Assembly (NCBI GenBank): GCA_030740155.1
Contig: JASLXV010000085.1
Location: forward strand, 32,001-96,000
Origin: Dehalococcoidia bacterium
GTDB taxonomy: Bacteria > Chloroflexota > Dehalococcoidia > Lucifugimonadales > UBA3495
Direction: 5' to 3'
DNA length: 64,000 nt
Made by a program: the position numbers and the translations under genes. The notes under the pieces are model-generated. The model was not told the DNA's origin. It saw nothing but the letters and a program-made list of their open reading frames with translations, and made no database searches. Positions 8,923 to 19,209 of the stretch are shown here, piece by piece (position 1 is the first letter of the stretch; each line of letters starts with the position of its first letter).

Positions 8923-10299
8923 TTATACCGTGACGTATTCTATGGGAAACATCTCGAGGGGGTCGTCCGGTTGCACCGCGTGCAGGATGTTGAACTCGTA
9001 GACCGGGCCCACGGGGATGTCCGAAGGGGAATAGGGGTAGGTCAGGCAGCCCTCATCGCAGAGCTTGCCCTCGTAATGAAGATTCTTGCTTGCCTGGCGG
9101 GCCAGTCCCAGGATCTCGTTGGCCAGGTCTTGGGTCGGGGCTACCGCCTCCATGATGACCCCCAGTTCGTGGGCCAGCACTTCCTTGACTGGCTCCCGCT
9201 CCCCCATCACGGCGTTCTTGCCGATGACGCGGAACACCAACTTGTAGTCGTTGGGGCCGACGCCCATGCCGTCCACCCGGCGGGTGACCAAGGACCGCAC
9301 GTCGGCCAAATAGCTGTCGATGCACTGCACCAGCACCGGGTCGCGGGTATAGGAGATGCAGATGCACCGGTAGCCCACCAGTTCCACCCCTTCCAGCCGG
9401 ATGGTGTACTTTTCTCGAGGGAGGAACCGGGCGCCGGTTATCTTCACCGTCCGGCCGTCCACGGCCTCGCAGTTCAGATCGCTGAGGTCCAGGACCCCCG
9501 ACGGCTCGGTGTGATAGAGGGGTGTCTCATTCTCGTGCAAGAAAAAGGTGGAAACGCTGAGAGGGGTGCACGAAAGACCGGGATGGTTCGGCTCCACCAC
9601 GATGTGGTCCTCCCGCAGGGTGACGGTGATGCCTTCGCTGCCGTACTTCTGCCGGGGGACGGCGCAGGCCGCGCCGCACTCCAGCAGCTTGCCCGCCACC
9701 CAGCCCAGGGCGGGGTCGAACTCCTCTTTGATGGGTAGCGCGGCGAAAATGGCGGCGTCATCGGACCGCCCGCACAGGATCACCTGGGCCCCCTCGCCCA
9801 ATGCCTCGATGTAAGGCTCAACCCCGGCCATGCCGACGATGGTGGAACTCCGGTCGATCACTTCCTGGCGCAGTGGCGGCAGGGGCCACAAGGGCTCCAC
9901 TCGGTCCTGTTCCAGTTTGAGGGCCACGTACTCCCTGGACTGCTCCGAGTGGATGAGGGCCATTCGGAAGTGTAGGTTGTTCTCGTGGGCTATCTCTTCG
10001 ACGATCTCCCGGGTCCATTGCAGGTGGGCGTCCGCGCCGGCGCCGCCGCTGGTGCCGACGACCATCGGTATTCGCCGGTCCACGGCGGCCTGGAGCATCA
10101 AAGCCAGGTCCCGCTTGGCGGCGTCCCGTCCGACGAAAGCCTTGCCCATCCCCAGGTAGTTGGGTCCCGGATCAGTGCTCCCCCCGTCGCAGGCGATCAG
10201 GTGGGGGTCCTTCCGGAGCACCCGCTCCAGGGAGCTTTCCTGGAAGCCGTAGCCCACGATGGCGGTGGGAGCCACTATTCGCAGTTCCTGGTCGGACAT
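8923..10299 (-). CDS. Acyclic terpene utilization AtuA family protein (DUF1446)
   Basis: IVGYGF, IACDGGSTDPGPNYLG, GRSDDAAIFA, AGKLLECGA. Confidence 0.85.
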   Translation of the reverse strand: MSDQELRIVAPTAIVGYGFQESSLERVLRKDPHLIACDGGSTDPGPNYLGMGKAFVGRDAAKRDLALMLQAAVDRRIPMVVGTSGGAGADAHLQWTREIVEEIAHENNLHFRMALIHSEQSREYVALKLEQDRVEPLWPLPPLRQEVIDRSSTIVGMAGVEPYIEALGEGAQVILCGRSDDAAIFAALPIKEEFDPALGWVAGKLLECGAACAVPRQKYGSEGITVTLREDHIVVEPNHPGLSCTPLSVSTFFLHENETPLYHTEPSGVLDLSDLNCEAVDGRTVKITGARFLPREKYTIRLEGVELVGYRCICISYTRDPVLVQCIDSYLADVRSLVTRRVDGMGVGPNDYKLVFRVIGKNAVMGEREPVKEVLAHELGVIMEAVAPTQDLANEILGLARQASKNLHYEGKLCDEGCLTYPYSPSDIPVGPVYEFNILHAVQPDDPLEMFPIEYVTV

Positions 10300-10347
10300 G
10301 GAAAGCCTCCTGGGCCCTGTGGCCCCTTGCCGGTCAGCCGTAAATGC

Positions 10348-11394
10348 TCAGCGCAGTTCCTTGACTGCCTTGGAGGTCCGGGCCAGGGCCTCCTCCACGT
10401 CGGCGCCGGAGATATGGCGGTGGGTCACCATCCTGATGGAATGTTTGCCTGGAGAACTCACCTTCACCCCTTCCCGAGCCAGGGCGCCGATAAGCCCCGC
10501 CGCCGGTCCGAGGGCCGGGTTCACATCAAAGATGATGATGTTGGTCTGTATTGCGTCCGGGTCAACGTCGAGCCCATCGATGTTGGCCAGGCCGCCGGCC
10601 AACTGCCGGGCGCGGGCATGGTCTTCGGCCAGCCGCTCGATCATGGTGTCCAACGCCACCAGCCCGGCGGCGGCGAGGACCCCGGCCTGCCGCATCCCGC
10701 CGCCGACCATCTTGCGCCACCGGCGGGCCTGGTCGATGAACTCCTTGGAGCCGCAAATGACCGAACCCACGGGACAGCTCAGGCCCTTGGACAGGCAGAA
10801 GCTGACATCGTCCACGTCCTTGACCAGCTCCGCGGCGGGGACTTCGAGCGCGACAGCCGCATTGAAAATACGGGCGCCATCCATATGCACGCTGGCCCCG
10901 GCGGCGTGAGCCACCTCACAGATCTTGCCGGTGTCCTCGGGGGTCTGCACTCCACCGCCGCACCGGTTGTGAGTGTTCTCCAGGCAAACCAGAGTGGTCG
11001 GTGGAAAGTGGATGTTGCCCGGGGGACGTATGACGGCTTCCAGGTCGGCGGCTTCGATCCGGCCCTGGGGACCGTTGGGTATCAGCCGGAGTTGGGCTCC
11101 GGCGAGGGCCGCCACGCCCGCCGACTCGTTCCAGAATATGTGGGCCTGGTCGCCCATCACCACTTCGTCGCCCCGGTGGCAGTAGGTCAGGCCGGCGATC
11201 AGGTTACTCATGGTGCCGCTGGGCGTGAGCAGCCCGGCTTCTTTGCCCAGCAGCTCCGCGGCCCGCTCCTGCAGCCGGTTGATGGAAGGGTCCTCGGCGA
11301 AAACGTCGTCGCCAACCTCGGCGTCGGCCATCACCCGGCGCATCTCATCGGTGGGGTGAGTAACCGTGTCGCTACGGAGATCAATTACCCTCAT
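10348..11394 (-). CDS. ltaE: Low-specificity L-threonine aldolase
   Basis: IDLRSDTVT, VGDDV, SGTMSN, ENTHN, HMDGARIFNA, PLP-lysine motif CLSKGL. Confidence 0.95.
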   Translation of the reverse strand: MRVIDLRSDTVTHPTDEMRRVMADAEVGDDVFAEDPSINRLQERAAELLGKEAGLLTPSGTMSNLIAGLTYCHRGDEVVMGDQAHIFWNESAGVAALAGAQLRLIPNGPQGRIEAADLEAVIRPPGNIHFPPTTLVCLENTHNRCGGGVQTPEDTGKICEVAHAAGASVHMDGARIFNAAVALEVPAAELVKDVDDVSFCLSKGLSCPVGSVICGSKEFIDQARRWRKMVGGGMRQAGVLAAAGLVALDTMIERLAEDHARARQLAGGLANIDGLDVDPDAIQTNIIIFDVNPALGPAAGLIGALAREGVKVSSPGKHSIRMVTHRHISGADVEEALARTSKAVKELR

Positions 11395-11639
11395 TCGGGC
11401 CTCCACTTTCTGGAAATATGGGCTATTCTAGCAGGATTCTCATTTGAACACTACGGCGAACACCGCTTTCCGGAACAAGGCGATCCACCCCCTCCTTCGT
11501 AAATAGGGGATGACGCAGCGGGAACTATTTCGCGGGTCCCTGGCCCGGGGTTGAAAGCTGACTACTGACCGCTGCCTGCTTCCTTGCTAAACACCACCGG
11601 TTCTCCTAATATGGAAATAGCTTCTAGGAGGTCAGAGCG

Positions 11640-12281
11640 GTGCGTCAGAGTGCCGTGACATTCAAGACCAATGGCCTGAATTTCGAGGGCGTGGTCGCCC
11701 AACCCGAGGCCCACGCCGGTCCGATGCCGGGAGTTGTGGTGTGTCATCCTCACCCGCTCTACGGTGGTAACATGGACAGTAACGTGGTGCTGGCGGTGGC
11801 CTTTGCTCTGGCGGAACGAGGGTTTGCGACTCTACGGTTCAACTTCCGTGGCGTGGGCAGCAGCGAAGGACGGCACGGCAAGGGGCAAGTGGAACAACAA
11901 GAAGTGCTGGGGGCGCTGGATCTGATGAAAGCTTGGCCAGGGGTCGACGGGCGGAGGCTGGGAGTGGCTGGCTACTCTTTCGGTGCCTCGGTTGTCTTGG
12001 ATAACCCGGCGTTGCATCGGAAAGCACGGGCCTTTGCCCTGATCTCGCCGCCGTTACGCGCCCTGGAGAGTACGGAACTGGGAACCAACGATCACCCCAT
12101 CCTGGTCGTCGTCGGAGACCAGGACAAGCTGGCCCAGTCGGACCGTTTTCCCTCGGTACTGGAGTCCTTCGACCATCCGCCAACCTGCCATGTCGTTGCA
12201 GGCGCCGATCACTTCTGGTTTGGATACGAGGATCAGCTTGCGCCCCAGGTGGCCGAGTTTTTCTCCGGGACGTTGAAGTAG
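11640..12281 (+). CDS. Alpha/beta hydrolase superfamily protein
   Basis: HPHPLYGGNM, RFNFRGVG, GYSFG nucleophile elbow, GADHF. Confidence 0.9.
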   Translation: MRQSAVTFKTNGLNFEGVVAQPEAHAGPMPGVVVCHPHPLYGGNMDSNVVLAVAFALAERGFATLRFNFRGVGSSEGRHGKGQVEQQEVLGALDLMKAWPGVDGRRLGVAGYSFGASVVLDNPALHRKARAFALISPPLRALESTELGTNDHPILVVVGDQDKLAQSDRFPSVLESFDHPPTCHVVAGADHFWFGYEDQLAPQVAEFFSGTLK

Positions 12282-12287
12282 CCGTTG

Positions 12288-13034
12288 ATGATCCGGGATA
12301 GTGAAGCCACCGGGCCCGCTCCCTCGCGGCGCTTTCCAATCTACAAAGACCTGCTCCTGCTCCAGTTAGCGGCACTGGTCTTTTTGACCGACCAGTTCAC
12401 CAAGTTTCTGGTGCGGGAATTCCTCGCGTTCCGGGAATCGTATCCCGTTGAAGGGTTTCTTCGTATCACCCATACCTTCAATACGGGCAGCGCCTTCGGT
12501 TTGTTCCGCGACCAGAACGTCCCGCTCATCCTGGTGTCCGTGGTCGGGATCACCGTGCTAGCGCTGATCTACCGCAGTCAGCGTCGCCATACCGATCTGC
12601 TGCGGCTCAGCCTGGGGTTGCAGGTCGGTGGGGCTACCGGAAACCTGCTGGACCGGCTGCGTTTGGGCCACGTGACCGATTTCATGGACGTTGGGTCCTG
12701 GCCCGTGTTCAACGTGGCCGATGCCTCCATCGTGACCGGCCTGGCGCTGCTGGCGTGGATCCTCATCAAATCGGATCGGGAACGGGAGTTGGAAGGGAAA
12801 GCCGCCCGCCAGGCGGCGCTGCTGGAGGTCTACGACTGGTGCCCGGTGTGTGACGGCGAAATGGTGCCCCTGCCCGTGGGCTGGCGATGCTCCACCTGTG
12901 GCGTGAGGGAAAGAGTCGACGCCGCTGGGGTGGCCGCTGCCGATCCACCACCGGCCCCGAGGTTCGACCCATTGCCCTCGGCCCCCTCCTTTGGTACCGG
13001 GGATGCTGAGGATGGGCCGGTAGCCGCCCCTTGA
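12288..13034 (+). CDS. lspA: Lipoprotein signal peptidase II with C-terminal zinc-ribbon/Pro-rich extension
   Basis: DQFTK, NTGSAFG, GGATGNLLDR, VTDF, PVFNVADA motifs; tail contains CPVC-x10-CSTC. Confidence 0.9.
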   Translation: MIRDSEATGPAPSRRFPIYKDLLLLQLAALVFLTDQFTKFLVREFLAFRESYPVEGFLRITHTFNTGSAFGLFRDQNVPLILVSVVGITVLALIYRSQRRHTDLLRLSLGLQVGGATGNLLDRLRLGHVTDFMDVGSWPVFNVADASIVTGLALLAWILIKSDRERELEGKAARQAALLEVYDWCPVCDGEMVPLPVGWRCSTCGVRERVDAAGVAAADPPPAPRFDPLPSAPSFGTGDAEDGPVAAP

Positions 13035-13122
13035 AGCCTCAACCCCAACCGGAGTCGGGCTTTGCCGCTGCCCCCGGAATGGATCAAGCCGGGCCCTTCC
13101 CCGGTGGCTGGAGAACGCTGAT

Positions 13123-14049
13123 TTGGCCTCACAGGTTGGGACCACCAGGGAGTTCAAGGTCGAGGCCGGCGGGCCGCGGCTGGACCAGTTCCTGGCCGGC
13201 TGGGAGACCGGGCTGACCCGCAGCCAACTGCACCGGCTGATCGTTGAGGGCTCGGTCCTGCTCAACGGGGCCCGGTCCCGGCCCTCCCAAAGGGTGCAAC
13301 CGGGAGACCGGGTGTCTTTGACTGAGCCACCACCCCGGCGGTTGGACCTGGTCCCCCAGTGGATGCCGCTGACGGTGGTGTACCAGGATTCCGACATAGT
13401 GGTAATCGACAAACCCTCCGGCCTGTCGGTTCACCCCGGTCCGGGGCACCCGGACCACACACTGGTCAACGCCTTGCTGGCCCGATGCCCGGACATCCAG
13501 GGAATCGGGGGAGCCATCCGGCCGGGCATCGTGCACCGGCTGGACAAAGATACCTCCGGGCTGATGATGGTGGCCAAAACCCATCAGGCCCACCAGGCCC
13601 TGTCGGCTCAAATAAAGGACCGGCAAGTGACCAAGGGCTATCTCGCCTTGGCCACCGGGGTGCTCTCGTCCCGCGAGGGCCGAATCGACGCACCGATCGG
13701 CCGGGACCCGCGACACCGCAAGCGCATGGCGGTGGTGCTGGGAGGGCGGCAAGCCGGGACCCGCTACCGCGTTCTGGAGACCTTCTCTGGTCACAGCCTC
13801 CTGGAGCTGTACCTGGAGACGGGCCGTACCCACCAGGTGAGGGTCCATCTGGCCTACTTGGGACACCCCCTTCTGGGTGACGCGGTCTACGGGAGACCCA
13901 GTCCCCTGCTAAGACGCCACTTCCTCCACGCTCACCATCTGGGCTTCAAGCATCCGGTGACGGAAAACCCGGTCGAATTCCGGTCCGAGCTGCCGGCGGA
14001 TCTGGCGTCGGTGGCGGACCTGATTCGAGAGGGCGCGGTTACCCGATGA
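13123..14049 (+). CDS. rluD: RluA-family pseudouridine synthase (RluD-like, S4 domain)
   Basis: RLDQFL S4 domain, DKPSG, HRLDKDTSG, TGRTHQVRVH; lspA-rluD adjacency is common. Confidence 0.9.
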   Translation: MASQVGTTREFKVEAGGPRLDQFLAGWETGLTRSQLHRLIVEGSVLLNGARSRPSQRVQPGDRVSLTEPPPRRLDLVPQWMPLTVVYQDSDIVVIDKPSGLSVHPGPGHPDHTLVNALLARCPDIQGIGGAIRPGIVHRLDKDTSGLMMVAKTHQAHQALSAQIKDRQVTKGYLALATGVLSSREGRIDAPIGRDPRHRKRMAVVLGGRQAGTRYRVLETFSGHSLLELYLETGRTHQVRVHLAYLGHPLLGDAVYGRPSPLLRRHFLHAHHLGFKHPVTENPVEFRSELPADLASVADLIREGAVTR

Positions 14050-14133
14050 CTCCTCAGAGTTCCCGGCGTCCGGAGGCCATTCAGCCGCGGCATATCATGA
14101 TAAGATTAGGCACAACTATCTAGGAGAATCACC

Positions 14134-15606
14134 TTGGCTGAAGCCGTCCGCGTCAGGTTCGCCCCCAGTCCCACCGGTTTGCCTCACATCGGCAACATCC
14201 GCACGGCCCTGTTCAATTGGCTCTTTGCCCGGCATCACGGCGGCAAGTTCATAGTGCGGGTCGAAGATACCGACCAGGACCGGCTGGTACCCGGGGCGGT
14301 GGATGCCGTACTGGAATCCCTGGAATGGCTGCACCTGGACTGGGACGAGGGCCCACGGGTAGGCGGCCCTTTCGCTCCCTACCGCCAATCCGAGCGCCTG
14401 GACACCTACCGGCGAATGGCCGAGCAAATGATTGAAAAGGGGCGCGCCTACCGCTGCTACTGTAGCGAGGACCGCCTGCTACAGATGCGGGAAGAGCAGC
14501 AACGGCTGAAGCGATCATCCGGATATGACCGCCGTTGTCGCCACCTGGACCCGGAAGAGCGCCGGACTCTGGAGGCAGATGGCGGGCCGTCGGTAATTCG
14601 GTTCGCCATGCGGCTTTCCGGCACTACCAGAGTCCGCGACATTATCCACGGGGACGTGGAGTGGCAGAACGAACTGCTGGACGATTTCGTCCTTTTGAAG
14701 TCCGACGGCTTTCCCACTTACCACCTGGCGGTGGTGGTGGACGACCACTTGATGGAGATCAGCCACGTCCTGCGGGCCGAGGAATGGCTGCCCAGTACGC
14801 CGCGCCACCTGCAAATCTACGAGGCTTTGGGCTTCGACCCGCCCCGGTTCGGCCACCTGCCCATGATCTTGGGCCCGGACCGTTCCAAGCTGTCCAAGCG
14901 CCATGGGGCTACTGCACTTTTGGAATATCGCGACGAAGGGTTCCTGCCCGAGGCCGTGGCCAACTTCTTGCTTCTGCTGGGCTGGTCGCTGGATGACAAG
15001 ACGGAGATCATGGGGCCTGAAGCCGCCATAGAGGGTTTTTCCCTGGAACGGGTGAGCCGGTCCGCGGCAATTTTCGACCACGACAAGTTGACGTGGATGA
15101 ACGGGGTGTACATCCGGCAGCTCTCGGTTGAGGAGCTGGCAGACCGGTTGCTGCCAATTCTTCAACAGGGCTTGCCTGCCGTCCTGCCGCCGGTGAGCCG
15201 GGACCAACTGCTTCGTATCGTCCCTCTGATCCAGCAGCGGACCAAGCTGCTCTCGGAGGCGGTGGACTTGACCTCCTACTTTTTCCAGGCCGAAGTGGAA
15301 TACGATCCTCTCAATCTGGTGCAGAAGGGCATGGACCGGGAGAGCGCCCTGGCGGCGCTGGGGGCTGCCAAGGAAGGATTGGCCAAGGTCGCCCAGTTTG
15401 AGCACGAAGCCATGGAAGAGCTGCTGCGGGCCGAGGCGTCTCGCCTGGGCCTCTCGGCGCGCCAGTTTTTCGGCACGCTCCGGGTGGCCGCCACCGGCCG
15501 GGAGACATCGCCGCCGCTGTTTGAGACAATGGAGGTCCTGGGCCGGCAGCGGGTGCTCGCGCGCGTCGGGTCCGCGATCGAGCGGCTAAATGCTGTCCCG
15601 CATTAG
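14134..15606 (+). CDS. gltX: Glutamate--tRNA ligase
   Basis: RFAPSPTG.PHIG, RVEDTD, KLSKRHG, SPPLFE. Confidence 0.97.
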   Translation: MAEAVRVRFAPSPTGLPHIGNIRTALFNWLFARHHGGKFIVRVEDTDQDRLVPGAVDAVLESLEWLHLDWDEGPRVGGPFAPYRQSERLDTYRRMAEQMIEKGRAYRCYCSEDRLLQMREEQQRLKRSSGYDRRCRHLDPEERRTLEADGGPSVIRFAMRLSGTTRVRDIIHGDVEWQNELLDDFVLLKSDGFPTYHLAVVVDDHLMEISHVLRAEEWLPSTPRHLQIYEALGFDPPRFGHLPMILGPDRSKLSKRHGATALLEYRDEGFLPEAVANFLLLLGWSLDDKTEIMGPEAAIEGFSLERVSRSAAIFDHDKLTWMNGVYIRQLSVEELADRLLPILQQGLPAVLPPVSRDQLLRIVPLIQQRTKLLSEAVDLTSYFFQAEVEYDPLNLVQKGMDRESALAALGAAKEGLAKVAQFEHEAMEELLRAEASRLGLSARQFFGTLRVAATGRETSPPLFETMEVLGRQRVLARVGSAIERLNAVPH

Positions 15607-15627
15607 AATGGAAAGAGGACACTGAGT

Positions 15628-17328
15628 ATGACCATGCCCGAAACTCACCCTTCCGCCGATTTCGTACGGAGCATCGTGGCGGAGGACCTGAAGAATAACA
15701 AAAACGGCGGCCGCGTCGTGACCCGGTTCCCTCCCGAACCGAACGGCTACCTGCATATCGGCCACGCTAAGTCCGTCTGCCTCAATTTCGGCATCGCCCG
15801 CGAAAACCAGGGTGTCTGCCACCTGCGGTTCGACGACACCAATCCTACCAAGGAAGCGCTGGAATACGTTGAATCCATCCAGGAGGACGTGCGCTGGCTT
15901 GGTTGGGATTGGGATGATCATTTGTACTTTGCTTCAGACTACTTTGAAACTTTGTATGATTATGCGGTGAAGTTAATCAAAGCGGCGAAGGCCTATGTTT
16001 GCTGTTTGAGCCCCCAAGAGATCAGGGATTACCGGGGTACCCTGACCGAGCCGGGGAAGGACAGCCCATACCGGGACCGCCCGATGGAAGAGAACCTGGA
16101 CCTGTTCGGCCGGATGCGGGCCGGGGAGTTTGAAGAGGGCAGCCACGTGCTCCGGGCCAAGATCGACATGGCGTCCCCCAACTTGAACCTGCGCGACCCC
16201 GTCATCTACCGGATTCTCAAGGCTTCACACCATAGAACCGGGGACCAATGGTGCGCCTACCCCACCTACGACTTCACCCACGGCCAGTCGGACTCCATCG
16301 AAGGTATCACCCATTCAATTTGCACGTTGGAATTCGAAGACCATAGGCCCCTGTACGATTGGTTCCTCGATGCATTGGGTATCTTTCATCCCCAGCAGAT
16401 CGAGTTCGCCCGGCTCAACCTAACCTACACGGTGTTGAGCAAGCGGAAGCTGGTGGAGCTGGTGGAGGGAGGGTACGTCACCGGCTGGAACGACCCGCGG
16501 ATGCCCACGGTGTGCGGCCTCCGGAGGCGCGGCTACACCCCGGAGGCGATCCGCAACTTCTGCGAGCGGATTGGTGTGGCCAAGCGGGATAGCGTAGTGG
16601 AAGTCGCGCTGCTGGAGCACCATCTAAGGGAAGACTTGAACCGGCGGTCTCCCCGGGTCATGGCCGTGCTGCGGCCGCTGCGGTTGGTCATCGACAACTA
16701 CCCGGAAGGTCAGGTGGAGGAACTGGAGAGCCAGAACAATCCGGAGGACCCCGGCATGGGGTCGAGAAAGATCCCGTTCTCGCGGGTGGTGTACATCGAG
16801 CAGGAGGATTTTCGCGAGGACCCGCCGAATAAATACTTCCGCTTGGCCCCCGGCCGGGAGATACGCCTGAAGGACGCCTACTACGTTACCTGCGTGGACG
16901 TGGTCAAGGACGACTCGACCGGCGAGGTGCTCGAGGTGCATTGCACCTATGACCCGGAGACGCGGGGAGGGCGTTCCCAAGACGGACGCCGGGTCAGAGG
17001 AACGTCCCATTGGGTCTCCGAGGCCCACTCCGTGGAAGCCGAGGTCCGCCTCTACGACCGCCTTCTCCTGAAGGCGGATCCCAGCGAAGATGATGACGGG
17101 GCGGACTACAAAGACTACTTGAACCCGAACTCGCTGGAGACGCTGACCGGGTGCCGCGTTGAGCCGGGTCTGGCCGGCGCCGCGCCGGGTAGTCTCTTCC
17201 AGTTCCTGCGCCAGGGCTACTTCTGTGTCGATTCTGTCGACTCCACCCCCGGGGCCCTGGTCTTCAACCGAACCGTGCCACTCCGCGACTCCTGGGCCAA
17301 AATGGAAAAGGCCGGCAAGGGAATCTAG
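15628..17328 (+). CDS. glnS: Glutamine--tRNA ligase
   Basis: [56 protein letters not shown]. Confidence 0.97.
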   Translation: MTMPETHPSADFVRSIVAEDLKNNKNGGRVVTRFPPEPNGYLHIGHAKSVCLNFGIARENQGVCHLRFDDTNPTKEALEYVESIQEDVRWLGWDWDDHLYFASDYFETLYDYAVKLIKAAKAYVCCLSPQEIRDYRGTLTEPGKDSPYRDRPMEENLDLFGRMRAGEFEEGSHVLRAKIDMASPNLNLRDPVIYRILKASHHRTGDQWCAYPTYDFTHGQSDSIEGITHSICTLEFEDHRPLYDWFLDALGIFHPQQIEFARLNLTYTVLSKRKLVELVEGGYVTGWNDPRMPTVCGLRRRGYTPEAIRNFCERIGVAKRDSVVEVALLEHHLREDLNRRSPRVMAVLRPLRLVIDNYPEGQVEELESQNNPEDPGMGSRKIPFSRVVYIEQEDFREDPPNKYFRLAPGREIRLKDAYYVTCVDVVKDDSTGEVLEVHCTYDPETRGGRSQDGRRVRGTSHWVSEAHSVEAEVRLYDRLLLKADPSEDDDGADYKDYLNPNSLETLTGCRVEPGLAGAAPGSLFQFLRQGYFCVDSVDSTPGALVFNRTVPLRDSWAKMEKAGKGI

Positions 17329-17764
17329 CACCTCTTTCCAGTACCGCCACAATGTGAATGTGATGGTTGCGGGTTGACCCCCTCTTGGATATCCCCATTC
17401 GCAAAAGGGACAGAACCGTTCCTTCCCCTTCCGCGGAGGAACGCTAGGAAGGGGGGTCTTGGGCAAGCACCAGCCCTACCCGTGAGGGGTGCTGCCTAAC
17501 TCGGCGGGGTGGAAACTTTTTCCGATGCCGCCGATTTGCGGAGGTCCTCCGATCCGGCTGGCAGGCTATCCGCGCCTCCGCCTGGACGGCTTTCCCCCTC
17601 GTCCCTCTTACGGCCCAACTCGGTTGCGGTGGGCAATCTTCCAGGCGCGTTTTGGCTCGGCTGAAGGTTGAGTTAGATACGGAAGTTGAACAATTGCTAG
17701 AAGTGGTTTAAGAGAAATGTTCAAAAAGATTTTAGGAATTGCTAAGAATTCATCGATTTCTGCC

Positions 17765-17794
17765 TTGACAACGGGTATGTCTCTCTCCCATTAT
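17765..17794 (+). promoter_or_regulatory. Putative sigma70/SigA promoter
   Basis: TTGACA-18 nt-CATTAT, preceded by an AT-rich tract (about 17686-17760). Confidence 0.5.
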
Positions 17795-18135
17795 CGTTGT
17801 TGAACTATAAGGGGGTAATGCCGGGGGCATCCGGTAGACATAATATGCCCCGGCTGGGCCGTCCCTTCGGCCGGCAGAGCGGCGTCGGCCAAAAGGAATC
17901 GGATCAGAGGAGGTGGCCACTGAGCAAAGTACATGGCTTTTTCAAGGACAGGCGCATCGGCTGGAAAGGCTGGTGCTAGGCCCCGTCGGGAAACGTCCCT
18001 CAACATCAATGTTGCCTTCATAACATTTGTAGATACCATACGTCATCATAGATATTAGTCCTTCTTCCTGGAATGGGGATAGCTTCGACGGGTGCGAGAT
18101 TTAAGCAATTTTTGCGAAGGGATTGGGTGAATAAG

Positions 18136-18966
18136 ATGATGTCGACAGCTGTCAAGATCATCAGTGATGGTGTCATCAAGCTAGATGGCGGTTCAATGTT
18201 TGGGCAGGTGCCCAAAATGGCCTGGGAAAACAACGTGGTTACCGACCGAAAGAACCGGATGACACTAGGGCTGAACTGCACGCTGCTTCAAGTTTGTGGA
18301 CGCAACGTGCTGGTGGATGCGGGAGTCGGGTCGAAAGACGCCGACAATGACAAGGAAACCCTGGGACTGGTTCCCAGCCGGCTGCTCAAAGGCCTCAAGG
18401 CGATGGGGCTAACTCCCAAAGATATCCATGCAGTAGTTCTTTCTCACCTTCATTTTGATCATAGCGGCGGTTGCACCCGGCTGGACCGCGCGGGCAACGT
18501 GATGCCCACCTTCCCGAAAGCCACCTACTACGTTCAACAGGCCTGTTGGGACGAGGCCCGTCACCCCAACGAGCGCTGCCACGCGATACACCGGGCGGAT
18601 AACTTCCTGCCCATCGAGGAGCGAGGCCAACTGGAGTTGCTGGATGGGGACACGGAGATATTCCCCGGGCTGAACGTGATCGTGACCGACGGCCACGCCA
18701 AAGGCCATCAAATGGTAATGTTCAATCACGGTGGAGAGAGGGTGGTCTTCTTGGGAGACATTGTCCCCACGCCGCATCACCTGAACCTGCCGGTGATCTC
18801 CGCCTTCGACAGCTCTCCTGAGGTGACCCTGGAGCAGAAGCGCGACCTGCTGAGCCAGGCGGAGCGCCAGGGCTGGCTGTTGGTCTTCTACCACGGGAAT
18901 GACACCAAGGCGGGTTATCTGGAACGGAGGGGTGACGCAAACTATCTGCGGCCCGTCGCGTTGTAA
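18136..18966 (+). CDS. MBL-fold metallo-hydrolase (YtnP-like)
   Basis: LDGGSMFGQVPK, SHLHFDHSGG, GHAKGHQ, FYH. Confidence 0.9.
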   Translation: MMSTAVKIISDGVIKLDGGSMFGQVPKMAWENNVVTDRKNRMTLGLNCTLLQVCGRNVLVDAGVGSKDADNDKETLGLVPSRLLKGLKAMGLTPKDIHAVVLSHLHFDHSGGCTRLDRAGNVMPTFPKATYYVQQACWDEARHPNERCHAIHRADNFLPIEERGQLELLDGDTEIFPGLNVIVTDGHAKGHQMVMFNHGGERVVFLGDIVPTPHHLNLPVISAFDSSPEVTLEQKRDLLSQAERQGWLLVFYHGNDTKAGYLERRGDANYLRPVAL

Positions 18967-19140
18967 TCCGCTAGCTTCCTGGTATTCCCCCGGTCGGGGT
19001 ACGGCGGCTGTCTCGCTTTGACTCTCTGAAGCGCAAGACAGCCGCCGCTGCATTTAGGGGCAGGTCGGCCCTGGCCGGCCGATGCTGATGCATTGCTCGG
19101 AGAATAGCCCTGCATCGGCGAATTTGTGCAACACCCCCCC

Positions 19141-19209
19141 CCGTCTTTCCGGCGAAGGCCGGAACCCAGAGAAGCGTGGAGTGGACCCCGGCGTTCGCCG
19201 GGGTGACGG
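19141..19209. repeat. REP-like double-hairpin element, family B
   Basis: GTCTTTCCGGCGAAGGCCGGAACCCA...TGGACCCCGGCGTTCGCCGGGGTGAC; degenerate copies at about 19270-19325 and 46331-46412. Confidence 0.75.

Noticed and set aside
9985..11502. 505-aa plus-strand ORF, and similar long ORFs such as 39889-41340, 49041-50531 and 27634-28713
   Set aside because: Antisense shadows of well-supported genes in high-GC DNA, with no family motifs.
17688..17699. LexA (GAAC-N4-GTTC) box
   Set aside because: Reads GAAC-AATT-GCTA, so the second half-site does not match.
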